From an uncultured delta proteobacterium (lineage in GTDB: Bacteria > Desulfobacterota > Desulfobacteria > Desulfobacterales > Desulfosalsimonadaceae): a stretch of DNA of 64,000 nt. The notes below the pieces were generated by a model that did not search any database, was not told where the DNA came from, and saw only the letters and a program-made list of their open reading frames with translations. Positions 1 through 10,521 of the stretch are shown here, piece after piece. Positions within the stretch are counted from its first letter, which is position 1. Each line of letters begins with the position of its first letter. The translations under genes were made by a program, and so were the position numbers. Where the stretch lies: assembly GCA_963826785.1 (NCBI GenBank), contig CAWGYD010000004.1:32001-96000 (forward strand), given 5' to 3'.

Positions 1-327
1 TCCCACATGGTGAGCACGCCGGTGAAATAGACGATGCCGGTCAGAAGGACCAGGGGGACGGAAAAGCCGTCCAGCCCGTTAAAATACGAGATCCCCAGCA
101 GGGGCACCCAGTTGACGCGCTCCACGAACTGAAAGCCCAAAAGGCTTCTGTCATAGGCCGCAAACAGGCAGATGGAAATCAGAAGCGCCGCGCCGGCGCT
201 GGCCGCACTTGCAATCTTGATGGCTTTTTTGTGCTCCGCCGGGATCAGCATCACCGACTAGAAGCCCCGCGACACAGGCGAGCAGAAGCAGGCTCAATAT
301 TGGAAAGGGTGCAGCGTGCAGTTCCAT
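1..327 (-). CDS. nuoM: NADH-quinone oxidoreductase subunit M, 5' part (runs off the window; apparent 1-bp frameshift near 254-280)
   Basis: ATG at 327 gives MELHAAPFPILSLLLLACVAG. After a one-base shift it reads VMLIPAEHKKAIKI...FQFVERVNWVPLLGISYFNGLDGFSVPLVLLTG, the typical NuoM N-terminus. Directly follows nuoL. Confidence 0.85.
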
Positions 328-343
328 AATTTCCTTTATTCGT

Positions 344-2212
344 CTACAAAAAGAGCACCAGAACCGTCAGACCGAAGATCACCGCAAACATCACCATCAG
401 CCGGGTCTGGATCAGCACCCGGTGGCCGGCAGCTGCGATCCTGCCCCAGCTGACCACACCCCGGGCCACCCAGTGGACGAATCCATCCACCACGTGCTGG
501 TCGGTCCGGTTGCACAGGGCGGCTATGCCCCGGTCAACGACGTGCTGCGCAAGCCAGTTGTATATATGGTCCAGATACCACCGCTGACGGAAAAAACGCG
601 CCAGGGCGGGCCATTTTTCCACAAACCCCTTTTGCGGGGCGCGCTTTCGTCCAAACTCCAGCCAGGCGATGATCAGGGCGGCTGCGGCAAGCGACAGGGA
701 CACCGGTGCCAGCCAGTCCGGCCCGTGCATTTCTTCGGCCGCGCCGGGCAGGATGAAGTGGTGCAGATCATCCTGAAAGAAGCCCAGCACCAGGGTCACC
801 AGGGCCAGGATCACCAGGGGGGCGGCCATGACTCCGTATCCCAAGCCACCGGTATGGTGGAGTGCGGCATGGCTGTTATCGGATGACGATGGGGATCGCC
901 AGAGAACGAAGATCAGCCGGAAGGTGTAGTATCCGGTGAGAAATACCCCCGCCAGGCCGGCGGCCAGCCAGATGGGGTTGTCCAGGTGCGCCAGGGCGGC
1001 CATCACCGCCTCCTTGCTGAAAAACCCCGAAAACGGCCAGATGCCCGACAGGGCCGCAGCCCCCACGGTCATGCAGATCATGGGGATTTTGGCGCTTGCC
1101 CCGCCTTTTTGGGCGATTTGGAACATGTCGTTGGTGTCATAGAGGTGGATCAGTACGCCGGCGCACAGAAAAAGAAGCGCCTTGAACCCCGCGTGGGCGG
1201 TAAGGTGAAATATTCCGGAAAAATATCCCCCGGCGGCAAGTCCCATGAGCATGAGCCCCAGCTGGCTGATGGTGGAAAAGGCCCACACCTTTTTGATGTC
1301 GTTTGTCACCATGGCCATGGTGGCGGCCATGAGCATGGAGGCGGCGCCCACCGAAAGCGCCACGGTCATCACGATTTCAGAGGCGCTGAAAAAGGGAAAC
1401 AGGCGGGCAAACAGGTAGATGCCCGCGGCCACCATGGTGGCCGAATGGAGCAGGGCGGAGACCGGGGTGGGGCCTTCCATGGCGTCCGGGAGCCAGGTCA
1501 TCAGGGGGAACTGGGCGCTCTTGCCGATGATCCCCCCCAGGATCAGCAGTCCGCACAGGGTGACCGGAAAAGGGGGGAGCGCGCCGGGGTCGTTGAGCAG
1601 CGGGATCTGCCAGGTGCCGGTGGTGACAAGCAGCAGGATCAAACCAGTGAGAAATGCCGTGTCCCCCAGCCGGGTCATGATAAAGGCCTTTTTGCCGGCC
1701 TCGGAAGCGGAAAATTTTTCGAACCAGAACCCGATGAGCAGGTAGGAGGCGATGCCCACCAGTTCCCAGAAGATAAAGAGCTGGATGATGGCCGGGGCGA
1801 TCACCAGGCTGATCATGGCCCAGGCGAACAGGGACATGAAGGCATAATACCGGGCGTATCCGGGATCACCCGACATGTATCCCAGGGAATAGACCTGGAC
1901 CAGGAAGCTGATGAGCGTTACGATCACCAGCATGAGCAGGCTCAGCGGGTCCAGCAGCGCCCCGATGGGAATGGTCAGTTTTCCGGAAACCACCCAGGGC
2001 ACAAAGTATTGCAGGGGCGTGGAAATCCCCCAGTGCCGGACCAGCAGGTAGACCGCACACGAAAGCGATGCCGCCACTGCGGAGATGGATACTGCAGCGC
2101 CAGCCCGGGGGCGGTTTCGCAGAAAAATCAGGATGACGCCGAAGGCGATCAGGGGCGAAACCGCGGCCGTCCAGGCGGCGATCAGGCTGAATTGGGGTAT
2201 GGCTTCAGTCAT
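344..2212 (-). CDS. nuoL: NADH-quinone oxidoreductase subunit L
   Basis: 622-aa membrane protein with GKSAQFPLMTWLPDAMEGPTPVSALLHSATMVAAG and FSTISQLG motifs. Confidence 0.97.
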   Translation of the reverse strand: MTEAIPQFSLIAAWTAAVSPLIAFGVILIFLRNRPRAGAAVSISAVAASLSCAVYLLVRHWGISTPLQYFVPWVVSGKLTIPIGALLDPLSLLMLVIVTLISFLVQVYSLGYMSGDPGYARYYAFMSLFAWAMISLVIAPAIIQLFIFWELVGIASYLLIGFWFEKFSASEAGKKAFIMTRLGDTAFLTGLILLLVTTGTWQIPLLNDPGALPPFPVTLCGLLILGGIIGKSAQFPLMTWLPDAMEGPTPVSALLHSATMVAAGIYLFARLFPFFSASEIVMTVALSVGAASMLMAATMAMVTNDIKKVWAFSTISQLGLMLMGLAAGGYFSGIFHLTAHAGFKALLFLCAGVLIHLYDTNDMFQIAQKGGASAKIPMICMTVGAAALSGIWPFSGFFSKEAVMAALAHLDNPIWLAAGLAGVFLTGYYTFRLIFVLWRSPSSSDNSHAALHHTGGLGYGVMAAPLVILALVTLVLGFFQDDLHHFILPGAAEEMHGPDWLAPVSLSLAAAALIIAWLEFGRKRAPQKGFVEKWPALARFFRQRWYLDHIYNWLAQHVVDRGIAALCNRTDQHVVDGFVHWVARGVVSWGRIAAAGHRVLIQTRLMVMFAVIFGLTVLVLFL

Positions 2213-2307
2213 ATTCCCTCATAAAGTGGTTTCAAAACTACCCTTTCAAGGAATTATCTTGGAAAAGCATTTAAAATAACTGTATTTTTTTGTTTCCGCA
2301 GGTTCCA

Positions 2308-2351
2308 ACACCCCCCTTGGTCCCCCCTCGAGGGGGGAATAAAAGGGGTGT
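2308..2351. repeat. REP-like palindrome (ACACCCCCC..TCCCCCCTCGAGGGGGGAAT)
   Basis: GC-rich hairpin in the nuoK-nuoL spacer; a near-identical inverted copy lies at 5290-5322. Confidence 0.75.
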
Positions 2352-2474
2352 ACCGGCGGCGGCCGTTATGATTCGAAAATTCCTTACTGCAAAGACACCG
2401 CGCTGCGGGGTCGGGAGCTCCTCCGATTTTCAACATGCTCTTCATTTCTGCCCATTTTTACTTCAGCCTTCCCC

Positions 2475-2789
2475 TTAATCCATCGTACACGTATCTTCTT
2501 CAATGCATTTGGGATGGACCGTTCCGGTCTGGCGGTAGATGCGTACGATCAGGGCCAGGCCCACGGATACCTCGGCTGCGGCCACCGCCAGGATGAACAG
2601 GGCGATGGTCTGTCCTTCGACCTGCTGCCACTGAAGCCCCGCCCCCACGAATGCCACCGCCGATGAATTGAGCATGATTTCAAGGCCGATGAGGATCATG
2701 ATCAGGTTCCGGCGCAAAACGGCGCAGGCCAGCCCCACGACGAACAGGAGACCGGCCAGCAGCAGAACATGGGTGTAGGGGACGATCAC
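2475..2789 (-). CDS. nuoK: NADH-quinone oxidoreductase subunit K
   Basis: RRNLIMILIGLEIMLN and AVAAAEVSVGLAL motifs. Confidence 0.96.
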   Translation of the reverse strand: MIVPYTHVLLLAGLLFVVGLACAVLRRNLIMILIGLEIMLNSSAVAFVGAGLQWQQVEGQTIALFILAVAAAEVSVGLALIVRIYRQTGTVHPKCIEEDTCTMD

Positions 2790-3298
2790 GGGGCCTCCTT
2801 CTTCTGCTTTCCCCGGCCCAGCAGGAGAGTCCCCACCAGGGCGATGAGCAGCAGAGCGGAGATCATCTCGATGGCCAGCCAGTGCCGGGCAAACAGGTAA
2901 TAGCCGAATTTTGCCGGTATGGCCGCAGCTGCCTTCATGGGGGCCGGATCCGATCCCGGAGAAAGCACCAGGAGCAGGATGCAGCCGATGAAATAAGCTG
3001 CGCAGAGGCCGCCGGCAGCCACCGCATAGGGCCAGGCCGGGGCGTTTGCCGCCGGTTCGGAAACCCGGATCATCATGACGATGAACAGAAAAAGCACCAT
3101 GATGGCCCCGGCATAGATGATCACCTGGAGGATCGACAACATCGGCGCCCCCAGCAGGTAGAACATCAGCGCCGTGCCCAGAAACGACACCACCAGGTAG
3201 AGCACGGCATGCACCATGTTCTGCCGGGTGACCGCCATGACCGTGGAGGCGGCCATCAGCGCGGCAATCAGATAAAATGCGGCGGCGTAAACAGTCAC
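2786..3298 (-). CDS. nuoJ: NADH-quinone oxidoreductase subunit J
   Basis: QVIIYAGAIMVLFLFIVMM motif; operon position. Confidence 0.96.
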   Translation of the reverse strand: MTVYAAAFYLIAALMAASTVMAVTRQNMVHAVLYLVVSFLGTALMFYLLGAPMLSILQVIIYAGAIMVLFLFIVMMIRVSEPAANAPAWPYAVAAGGLCAAYFIGCILLLVLSPGSDPAPMKAAAAIPAKFGYYLFARHWLAIEMISALLLIALVGTLLLGRGKQKKEAP

Positions 3299-3350
3299 TA
3301 TAATCTATCCAGATGCGTTTATTTGAATCCGTTAAGTTTGTCCAACTAAA

Positions 3351-3454
3351 TGGAATAATGGAATACTGGAATAATGGGTTTAAAGACGAATAGCACCAAT
3401 GATTGATTTTTCCATCATTCCATTATTCCATCATTCCACCATTCCAATATTCCA
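3351..3454. repeat. Inverted array of 8-bp tandem repeats (TGGAATAA / TCCATCAT)
   Basis: Left arm tggaataa-tggaatac-tggaataa-tggg (3351-3378) is complementary to right arm tccatcat-tccattat-tccatcat-tccaccat-tccaatat-tcca (3411-3454). Confidence 0.85.
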
Positions 3455-3501
3455 TTAACCCTTAAATATCCTCATGCCCTGCCAAACCAATGTATGTGTT
3501 G

Positions 3502-4038
3502 CTACGGCATGTTGGTCCTGATATCCACGGGCGGCGCCTCCCCCTCATGCTCGCCCTTTCCGGCGAGTCTGGTCACGATGCCGGCATGCCGGTAGTAATT
3601 ATATTCCTTGTCCTTTCCGCAGTGGTCCACCAGGAGATCCGCCTTTTCGTAGACCAGGGAGAGGACGTCGCGCTTTAGATGATCGAAATTCGGGGTGAGC
3701 TGGATGGCCGAGGTGGGGCAGGCCTCCTCGCACAGCCCGCAGTAGATGCACCGGGCAAAATTGATGCGGAACCAGGCGGCATAGCGCCGTTCGTTTTCAT
3801 CCTCGGCGGACTGCATGGAGATGCAGTTGACCGGGCACACCCCCGAGCAGAGATAACAGGCCACGCACCGCTCGCCCCCGTCCGGGTCCCGGGTGAGAAT
3901 AATCCGGGCCCGCGAGCGTGCCGGCAGAATCCGTTTCTCCTCCGGGTAGAACTCGGTCACCGGCCGGGTGAAGGCGGTCCGGAGGGTAATCCAGAACCCC
4001 TTGGCCAGTGAAACCATAATGTCCAACAGGATCATCAT
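3502..4038 (-). CDS. nuoI: NADH-quinone oxidoreductase subunit I (2x[4Fe-4S])
   Basis: ERCVACYLCSGVCP and RCIYCGLCEEACP motifs. The real start is about 4038 (MMILLD); the longer track ORF is a spurious upstream extension. Confidence 0.95.
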   Translation of the reverse strand: MMILLDIMVSLAKGFWITLRTAFTRPVTEFYPEEKRILPARSRARIILTRDPDGGERCVACYLCSGVCPVNCISMQSAEDENERRYAAWFRINFARCIYCGLCEEACPTSAIQLTPNFDHLKRDVLSLVYEKADLLVDHCGKDKEYNYYRHAGIVTRLAGKGEHEGEAPPVDIRTNMP

Positions 4039-4087
4039 AAATTTTATAACCTGTTCATCTGCGCCATATAAGCAATGACCTTGTTTT

Positions 4088-4174
4088 TCCCCCCTTTCGC
4101 AAAGGGGGGCAGGGGGGATTTCGGTCTTCAGTATGCGAAATTCCCCTGAATCCAACCCCTTTAAAAAAGGGGGC
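4088..4174. repeat. Inverted pair of REP-like palindromes (REPIN-like)
   Basis: tcccccctttcgcaaaggggggcaggggggattt (4088-4121) and an inverted degenerate partner aaattcccctgaatccaacccctttaaaaaagggggc (4138-4174). Confidence 0.7.
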
Positions 4175-4175
4175 T

Positions 4176-5165
4176 TTAAAAAATCACGATTGCCGCACCC
4201 GTCGCCAGGATATTGATCAGACCGGCCGGCACCAGCACCTTCCACCCCAGGTCCATGAGCTGGTCGTAGCGGAGGCGGGGGAGGGTCCCCCGGATCCAGA
4301 TCATCACCAGCGACACCCCGATGATCTTGATCAAAAGCCACACGGGTGCCGGCAGAAACGGCCCCCGCCAGCCGCCCAGAAAGAATACGGCGATGAGCGC
4401 GCCCAGCACCTGCATGTGGATGTATTCCCCCACGAAGAACAGGCCGAAGCGCATGCCGCTGTATTCGGTGTGAAACCCGGCCCCCAGTTCGGTCTCCCCC
4501 TCGGGAAGGTCGAAGGGGGTGCGCTTGCTTTCGGCAATGGAGCTGATAAAAAAGATCAAAAAGGCGAAGGGCTGCACCACGATAAAGGGGAGCTTCGCCT
4601 GGGCATTGACGATGTCCACCAGGGAAAAGGATCCGGACAGCATCACCACCGGGATGATGGAAAGCCCCAGGGCCAGTTCGTAGCTGACCATCTGGGCCGC
4701 CCCCCGGATCCCGCCCAGCAGCGCAAACTTGGAGTTCGACGCCCACCCGCCCAGGGCCACCCCGTAGACGCTGAGCGAGGACAGGGCAAACACATAGAGC
4801 AGCCCCACATTGATGTCGGAGACCACCATGGGGATTTTTCGGCCGAACAGGGTCAGCTCCGGGCCGAAGGGGACCACCGCAAACATTAAAAGGGCGGTGG
4901 CCGCCACCACCACCGGGGCCATCTTAAAGATCCACGCATCCGATCCGTCGAGCACCACGTCTTCCTTGACCAGCAGCTTGATCCCGTCGGCGAGCGGCTG
5001 GAGAATTCCGAAGATCCCGGCCCGGTTGGGGCCGTAGCGTGCCTGGAACCGGCCCAAAAGCTTTCGCTCCACCAGCACCAGGTAGGCGGCCAGGACCAGC
5101 AGTACGCCCATCACCAGCCCGATTTTAACCAAAAGGATCAAAAACCCGAGCAGCCACCACAGCAT
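4176..5165 (-). CDS. nuoH: NADH-quinone oxidoreductase subunit H
   Basis: ERKLLGRFQARYGPNRAG, QPLADGIKLLVKE and RTPFDLPEGETEL motifs. Confidence 0.97.
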   Translation of the reverse strand: MLWWLLGFLILLVKIGLVMGVLLVLAAYLVLVERKLLGRFQARYGPNRAGIFGILQPLADGIKLLVKEDVVLDGSDAWIFKMAPVVVAATALLMFAVVPFGPELTLFGRKIPMVVSDINVGLLYVFALSSLSVYGVALGGWASNSKFALLGGIRGAAQMVSYELALGLSIIPVVMLSGSFSLVDIVNAQAKLPFIVVQPFAFLIFFISSIAESKRTPFDLPEGETELGAGFHTEYSGMRFGLFFVGEYIHMQVLGALIAVFFLGGWRGPFLPAPVWLLIKIIGVSLVMIWIRGTLPRLRYDQLMDLGWKVLVPAGLINILATGAAIVIF

Positions 5166-5182
5166 GGAAAAAATTCCCTTGA

Positions 5183-5233
5183 AGAAGCCAGAAGCCAGAA
5201 GTCAGAATTCAGAATAAAACTCATTTTCTGGCT
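5183..5233. repeat. 7-bp tandem repeat (AGAAGTC-type) with a partial inverted arm
   Basis: agaagcc-agaagcc-agaagtc-agaattc-agaat, then ttctggct; same family as 24380-24507. Confidence 0.75.
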
Positions 5234-5289
5234 ATTTAAAAAAACAACGTTGATAGGTTGTTCTACTCGATGGGGACCACACTCTTCCT

Positions 5290-5322
5290 ATTCCCCCCTT
5301 GAGGGGGGATTGAGGGGGGTGT
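5290..5322. repeat. REP-like palindrome, inverted copy of 2308-2340
   Basis: Reverse complement acacccccctcaatcccccctcaaggggggaat versus acaccccccttggtcccccctcgaggggggaat. Confidence 0.75.
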
Positions 5323-5337
5323 CTCCCCCCGATGGTC

Positions 5338-7739
5338 CTAAAGAAGCAATATCTTCTTTTTGGATATAAATCGTCCGTCCGCATCCGCCTGCTGCCAGAA
5401 CAGGTCCAGCAGACGGGGGAGCACCAGGGTGTGTTTGGCCACGCGGCTCGATACCCTGGCCGTAAGATCCAATGGCTTGCGATCGAGATTTATCCGGACG
5501 CGGCCGCCGTCGGTGACCCCCAGCGCTTCGGCATCCGCTGTGTTGATGAGCAGTTCTTGCTGTTCACGCTCCCGGAGCCAGGGGGAGTATCGGCCTAAAC
5601 AATCGGCGCCGAACAGTGCGTCCGTCAGGATTACCTCAAAATCATGGTTTCTTTCGTCGGCCCCATTTTCGATTGGATGCGTCTTTTTATGGGCATCCGG
5701 CACCCGGACCCGGGCGCCGGTGCCCGGAAGCTCTTTTACGGGGGCAAGCTCGGCACAGGCATCGATCATGGAACCGATCACCTGCTCATGCGCGGGCGGC
5801 GCCGCAGTTTTCATTTCCCACTGAACAAGCGTCTGCCAGGCGGGCGGCATGCCCGTGCCCGGAATGTCGAGGGAAAAGGTCCGGGGCGGATGGCCCCCGT
5901 TTCCGGTGATGGAAATGGGAAATCCGCCGGAATGTGCGGCCATCGATTGCTGGACCTGTCCATGGCTGTTGACGAAAATGCCGCCGGATTCAAACACCGT
6001 CTGGACGGGGATAAACACATGGGCGCGCTCAGACAGCCCTGAATCCAGACAGTCCAACACTACCAGCAATTCCAGCCGGGACAGGGCCGCTTCCAGACGG
6101 GAGCGGTCCGGATAGGTTTCCCACAGGTCGCTTTCCACGGCGATCAATGCTTTGATGTTTTCGTTTTCGATCCCTTCCAGCAGGTCTTCAATGGCGGTTT
6201 TTCCCAAGTCCAGAAGCGCGGCTCCGAAGCTGTTCGCCGCAGGCAGGATGCAGAACAAGCCGGCCCTGCCGGCGGTTTTTTGCAGCTTTTCGGCCAGCAG
6301 GCCCGCTCCGGTCACCGTCTGTGCATCGGTTGTGTCCGTGCCGCAAATGATGACCGGAAATTTTCCGCCTTCAAGCATATCCGCGGCCACTCGCACTTGT
6401 TCATCGGCTGCCGATGCCTGGCTGTCAGCATTCATGGCCTCCGAAAGCCTGCCTAAAAATCCGGACAGGTCCGCCCGGCGCAGGTTCACATGGGCGCATT
6501 CAAACGGCAGGGCCACCGGACGCGGGTCGATTACCAGGATTTTGGCTTTTTTACGGGCCGCCTGGCGCAGGGATAGGGCCAGCACCGGGGCTTCATTGAC
6601 CGGGTCGGCGCCGATGACCAGGATCCGGTCGGCAGATTCGATTTGCGCGAGTGAGATGGCCAGGTCCGGCGACAAAGACGAAACAGCCGACATCACCTTG
6701 GCGGCGGTTTCCCGGCGCCACAGGGCCGGGCCGGTAAATCCCCGGGACCGGCAGAGGTGGCCGGCCGCAAAAAGGGTCTCCAGGCTGCTTCGGCCTGAGG
6801 CGATAACGCCGATGGCGCCGGGACCGAAACGCGTTTCGATGTCGGAAATCCGCACCAGGGCTTCCGCCGCCGCTTCCTGGGGCGCCGCCCGGTCCGATCC
6901 GGTTTTTCCGATCCGGGGGCGCAGTGCTGCATTGGTGTACTCAAACCCGTAGCGCCCCCGGTCGCAGATGAACCAGCCGTTCACCTCCGGGTTGAACCGT
7001 GACTCAATCCGGGGAATCCGGCGGTGGCGGGATGATATCATGGTGGCGCAACCCAGGCTGCAGTGGATGCACACCCCCGGGCTTCGCTGGTAGTCCCAGC
7101 GCCGGCCGTAATAGCGCGACGGCTTGTCCGTGTACACCCCGGTGGGGCAGATATCAATCAAGTTGCCGGAAAAGGGGCTTTTGAGCATCCCGTCGGAAAA
7201 CCGGCCGAAAAACACCCTGCCGGCGATGCCCATGACCCCCAGGTCCTTGTATCCCGCATAATCCTGGTAATACCGGACACAGCGATAGCACTGGATGCAG
7301 CGATTCATTTCGTGATGCACCAGCGAGCCCAGATACTGATCGGCATAGGTCCGTTTCTTGCCGGTATACCGTCGCCGTCCGTGGCCCCCGGCCACGGTGA
7401 GATCCTGGAGCAGGCAGTGCCCCCCCTCGTCGCACACCGGGCAGTCATGGGGGTGATTGATCATCAGCCACTCAATAACAGATTTTCGAAACTCCACGGC
7501 ATCCGGATCGTTGGTCAAAACGCGCATGCCGTCTTCCGCATCCGTCATGCAGCTCATTTGCAGACCCTTGACCGGCCCCTCCTCGATTTTCACCGCGCAG
7601 ACCCGGCAGGCCCCCACCGCCCCCAACGCTTCATGGAAGCAGAAGCGGGGAATGTAGATCCCCAGCCGCTGTGCGGCTTCGATCACCTTGGTCCCCTTGG
7701 GGACTTCGATTTCGCGGTTGTCGATGGTAGTTTGGGCAT
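5338..7739 (-). CDS. nuoG: NADH-quinone oxidoreductase subunit G (apparent 1-bp deletion near 7728)
   Basis: IPRFCFH...GACRVC, HPHDCPVCDEGGHCLLQD, RCIQCYRC and CIHCSLGC motifs. ATG at 7739 restores MPKLTIDNREIEVPKGTKVIEAA if one base is added after MPK. Confidence 0.93.
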
Positions 7740-7749
7740 ATGGTATCCC

Positions 7750-10138
7750 TCATCGATCCAGGTCCGCCGGGGTGTAATCCACCGAACCGAGAACGGCGAT
7801 GAGGTCCGGGATGGTGGCGCCGATGGTCATGGCCGGGATCACCTGCACGTTGGTGAAGCTGGGGCCCCGGATGCGCATCCGGTAGGCCGCGCCCAGGCCG
7901 TCGCTGACCGCGTAGTACCCCTGTTCGCCCCGGGGGGCCTCGGTGGCGGCATAGGCCTCGCCGCGAGGGATCTTGGGGCCGCGGGTCACGTTGATAAAGT
8001 GGTGGATCAGGCTCTCGATGTCATTTAACATGTCTTTGCGCTGCGGCACGGCATACCGGTAGTCGTCCGTGACATACCGGCCGCCGGGCATTGTGCTTGC
8101 CGCCTGGCGGATGATCTTGATGCTCTGGCGGCATTCCTCCAGTCGGATGGCGTATCGGGCCAGGCAGTCGCCTTCGGTGGCCGTGGGCACCTCGAATTCA
8201 AACCGGTCGTAGGCGCCATAGGGCATTTTTTTGCGCAGGTCCCAGTCCATGCCGCAGGCCCGGAGGTTGGGGCCGGTGACCCCCCAGTCGATGGCCTCCG
8301 CCAGGGAGATCACCCCCACCCCCTGGGTGCGCGCCTTGAAAATGGGGTTCTTAAAGAGCAGATTTTCGTAATCCTTCATCCGTTTGGATAAAACATCCGC
8401 GAAATGAAGGACCGCCTCCTTCCACCCCTCGGGCAGGTCGGCGGCCACGCCCCCCAGGCGGAACCAGGAGGGGTGGAGGCGGGCGCCGGTGATCATTTCC
8501 ACGATGTCCATGATCATTTCGCGTTCCCGGAAGGTATAGAAGTTGGGCGTCATGGCCCCTAGATCGTGCCCCATCACCCCCAGGTAGTTTAAGTGGTTGG
8601 AGATGCGGAAAAGCTCCGCCAGCAGCACCCGGATATATTCGGCCCGCTCGGGGACTTTGATGCCCGCAATCTTTTCCACGGCCGTCACGTAGGTCATGTT
8701 GTTGGCCGCACCGGCCAGATAGTCCACCCGGTCGGTATAGGGGATGTACTGGAGCCAGGTCTGGCGCTCCCCCACTTTTTCCGCGGCCCGGTGATGGTAC
8801 CCGATCTCCATGTCCATGCCGGTGATGATCTCGCTCTCCAGTTCCAGGATCAGCCGGAACATGCCGTGGGTGCCGGTGTGATGGGGGCCCAGGTTGAGGA
8901 TCATCTTCTCCCGATTGGGATCCGGGGCAAAATAGTCTTCGCCCTTGCGGGGCTGGCGCATTTCGGCATCCCGGCGGGTGTAGGGGGGCATCTGGGTGGC
9001 GCGGCCCGGAAACGATTTGCGTAAGGGGTGGCCTTCCCAGTCCGGGGGCATGAGGATGCGCCGCAGGTCGGAATGTCCGGGAAAATGGATGCCGAACATG
9101 TCGTAGATTTCCCGTTCATACCAATTGGCATTCGGCCACAGGTCGCACAGGGTGGGGGCCTCCGGGTGTTCGCCGTAAACGGGCGTCTTGATCCGTATGC
9201 GCAAGGGGGGATCAAAGGCGGTCAGGTGATAGACCAGGGAGAAATCCGGGTATTTTTCCCGTTGCCGACGGGCGGATTCGTCAATGGCGGTGTAATCTTC
9301 CAGGCGCAGAAATTTAGGGTTGGCCTCTGTTTTGAGAAACGTCAGGACCTTCTTCACCTTGTCTGCGGGGACGGTCACGGTGAGCATGTCCGAGGTGTGT
9401 TCTTCCGCCTGGAGATCTTCACCAAAGCGCTGGGCCAGGGCGGCCGACAGGTCCGTCGACTCCTGCCCCAGTGAGATACGGTGGGCAGGTGGCGTCCACA
9501 TCAGATCCGACCGGCTGTCGAAGAAATCCGGGCGGGGTGACGGAGGTCCCCCGGATGGAAATGCCGTTCATTCCCGGCCCCCGGGTATCCCGGGACTTGG
9601 TGATGCCGTCTGCGAGCACCGGCGCCTGAGTCCCCTGGCTGCCGCCCCCCAGGTGAAACACCTTGCCGGAGGGTTTTTCCTCGTTCATTATTTTTTTCTG
9701 GAGCAGGTCCACCGCCGCCAGCACCGCCTCGGGCCGGGGCGGGCATCCGGGGATGTAGACATCCACCGGCAGGATCTGGTTGATCCCCTGCACCACGCTG
9801 TAAACATCGTACATGCCGCCGCTGTTGGCGCATGATCCCATGGAGATCACCCACTTGGGTTCGGCCATCTGCTCATAGAGGCGAAGCACCACCGGGGCCG
9901 CTTTTTTAAATACCGTGCCGGAAATGATCAAAAGATCGCACTGGCGGGGAGAGAGGCGCAGCACCTCCGCACCGAAACGGGCCAGGTCGTAGCGGGGGGT
10001 CAACGAGACCGCTTCTTCCACAAAGCAGCAGGAGAGCCCAAAGTACATGGGCCAGAGGCTGTAGCTGCGGGCCCAGTTGATCAGCGGATCGAGAAGCCGG
10101 GGGATGGTTTTTACCGGATTTTGGATCGGGTATACCAA
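7750..10138 (-). CDS. nuoBCD: Fused NADH-quinone oxidoreductase subunit B/C/D (apparent 1-bp insertion near 9528-9532)
   Basis: NuoB motifs ([26 protein letters not shown]) and NuoC/D motifs (ERE..DMFGI.F.GH, NLGPHH.GTHG, EAPRGE, DLDR). The span is 3n+1, and removing one base gives continuous [17 protein letters not shown]. Confidence 0.88.
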
Positions 10139-10521
10139 TCAAGCCCCCCCTTGCGCCAGATGTAGATCAGCCCGGCCAGTAACACGATGATGAAAAAGGA
10201 CATCTGCAGAAGCCCTTTGACGCCCAGGGGCCGAACGGCCACCCCCCAGGCGAAGATAAACGCCCCTTCCACGTCAAAGATCAGAAAAAAGATGGCCACC
10301 ATGAAAAAGGGGACCGGGTAGTGGAGCCGTGCCGTGCCCGTGGGGATGATGCCGCTCTCATAGGGGCGCTGCTTTTCGGGATTTTTGCGCTTTTCCCCCA
10401 GCCACGCGGTTAAAAAAAGCATCAGGGCCATGAGAACCAGGACCGCCAGGGTAAATACGGCCATGCTGAAAACACCTGGCACCCAGGGGGACAACGCATC
10501 AGAAGTATTTACCGGGTCCAT
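10111..10521 (-). CDS. nuoA: NADH-quinone oxidoreductase subunit A
   Basis: [16 protein letters not shown] and WRKGGLDW motifs. Confidence 0.96.
   Translation of the reverse strand: MDPVNTSDALSPWVPGVFSMAVFTLAVLVLMALMLFLTAWLGEKRKNPEKQRPYESGIIPTGTARLHYPVPFFMVAIFFLIFDVEGAFIFAWGVAVRPLGVKGLLQMSFFIIVLLAGLIYIWRKGGLDWYTRSKIR

Noticed and set aside
3351..3454. Possible CRISPR array
   Set aside because: 8-bp units without unique spacers and no cas genes; no CRISPR-like array was seen anywhere in the window.
3502..4746. 414-aa ORF suggesting an N-terminally extended NuoI
   Set aside because: The extension overlaps nuoH in another frame and crosses a repeat; the real NuoI starts at about 4038.
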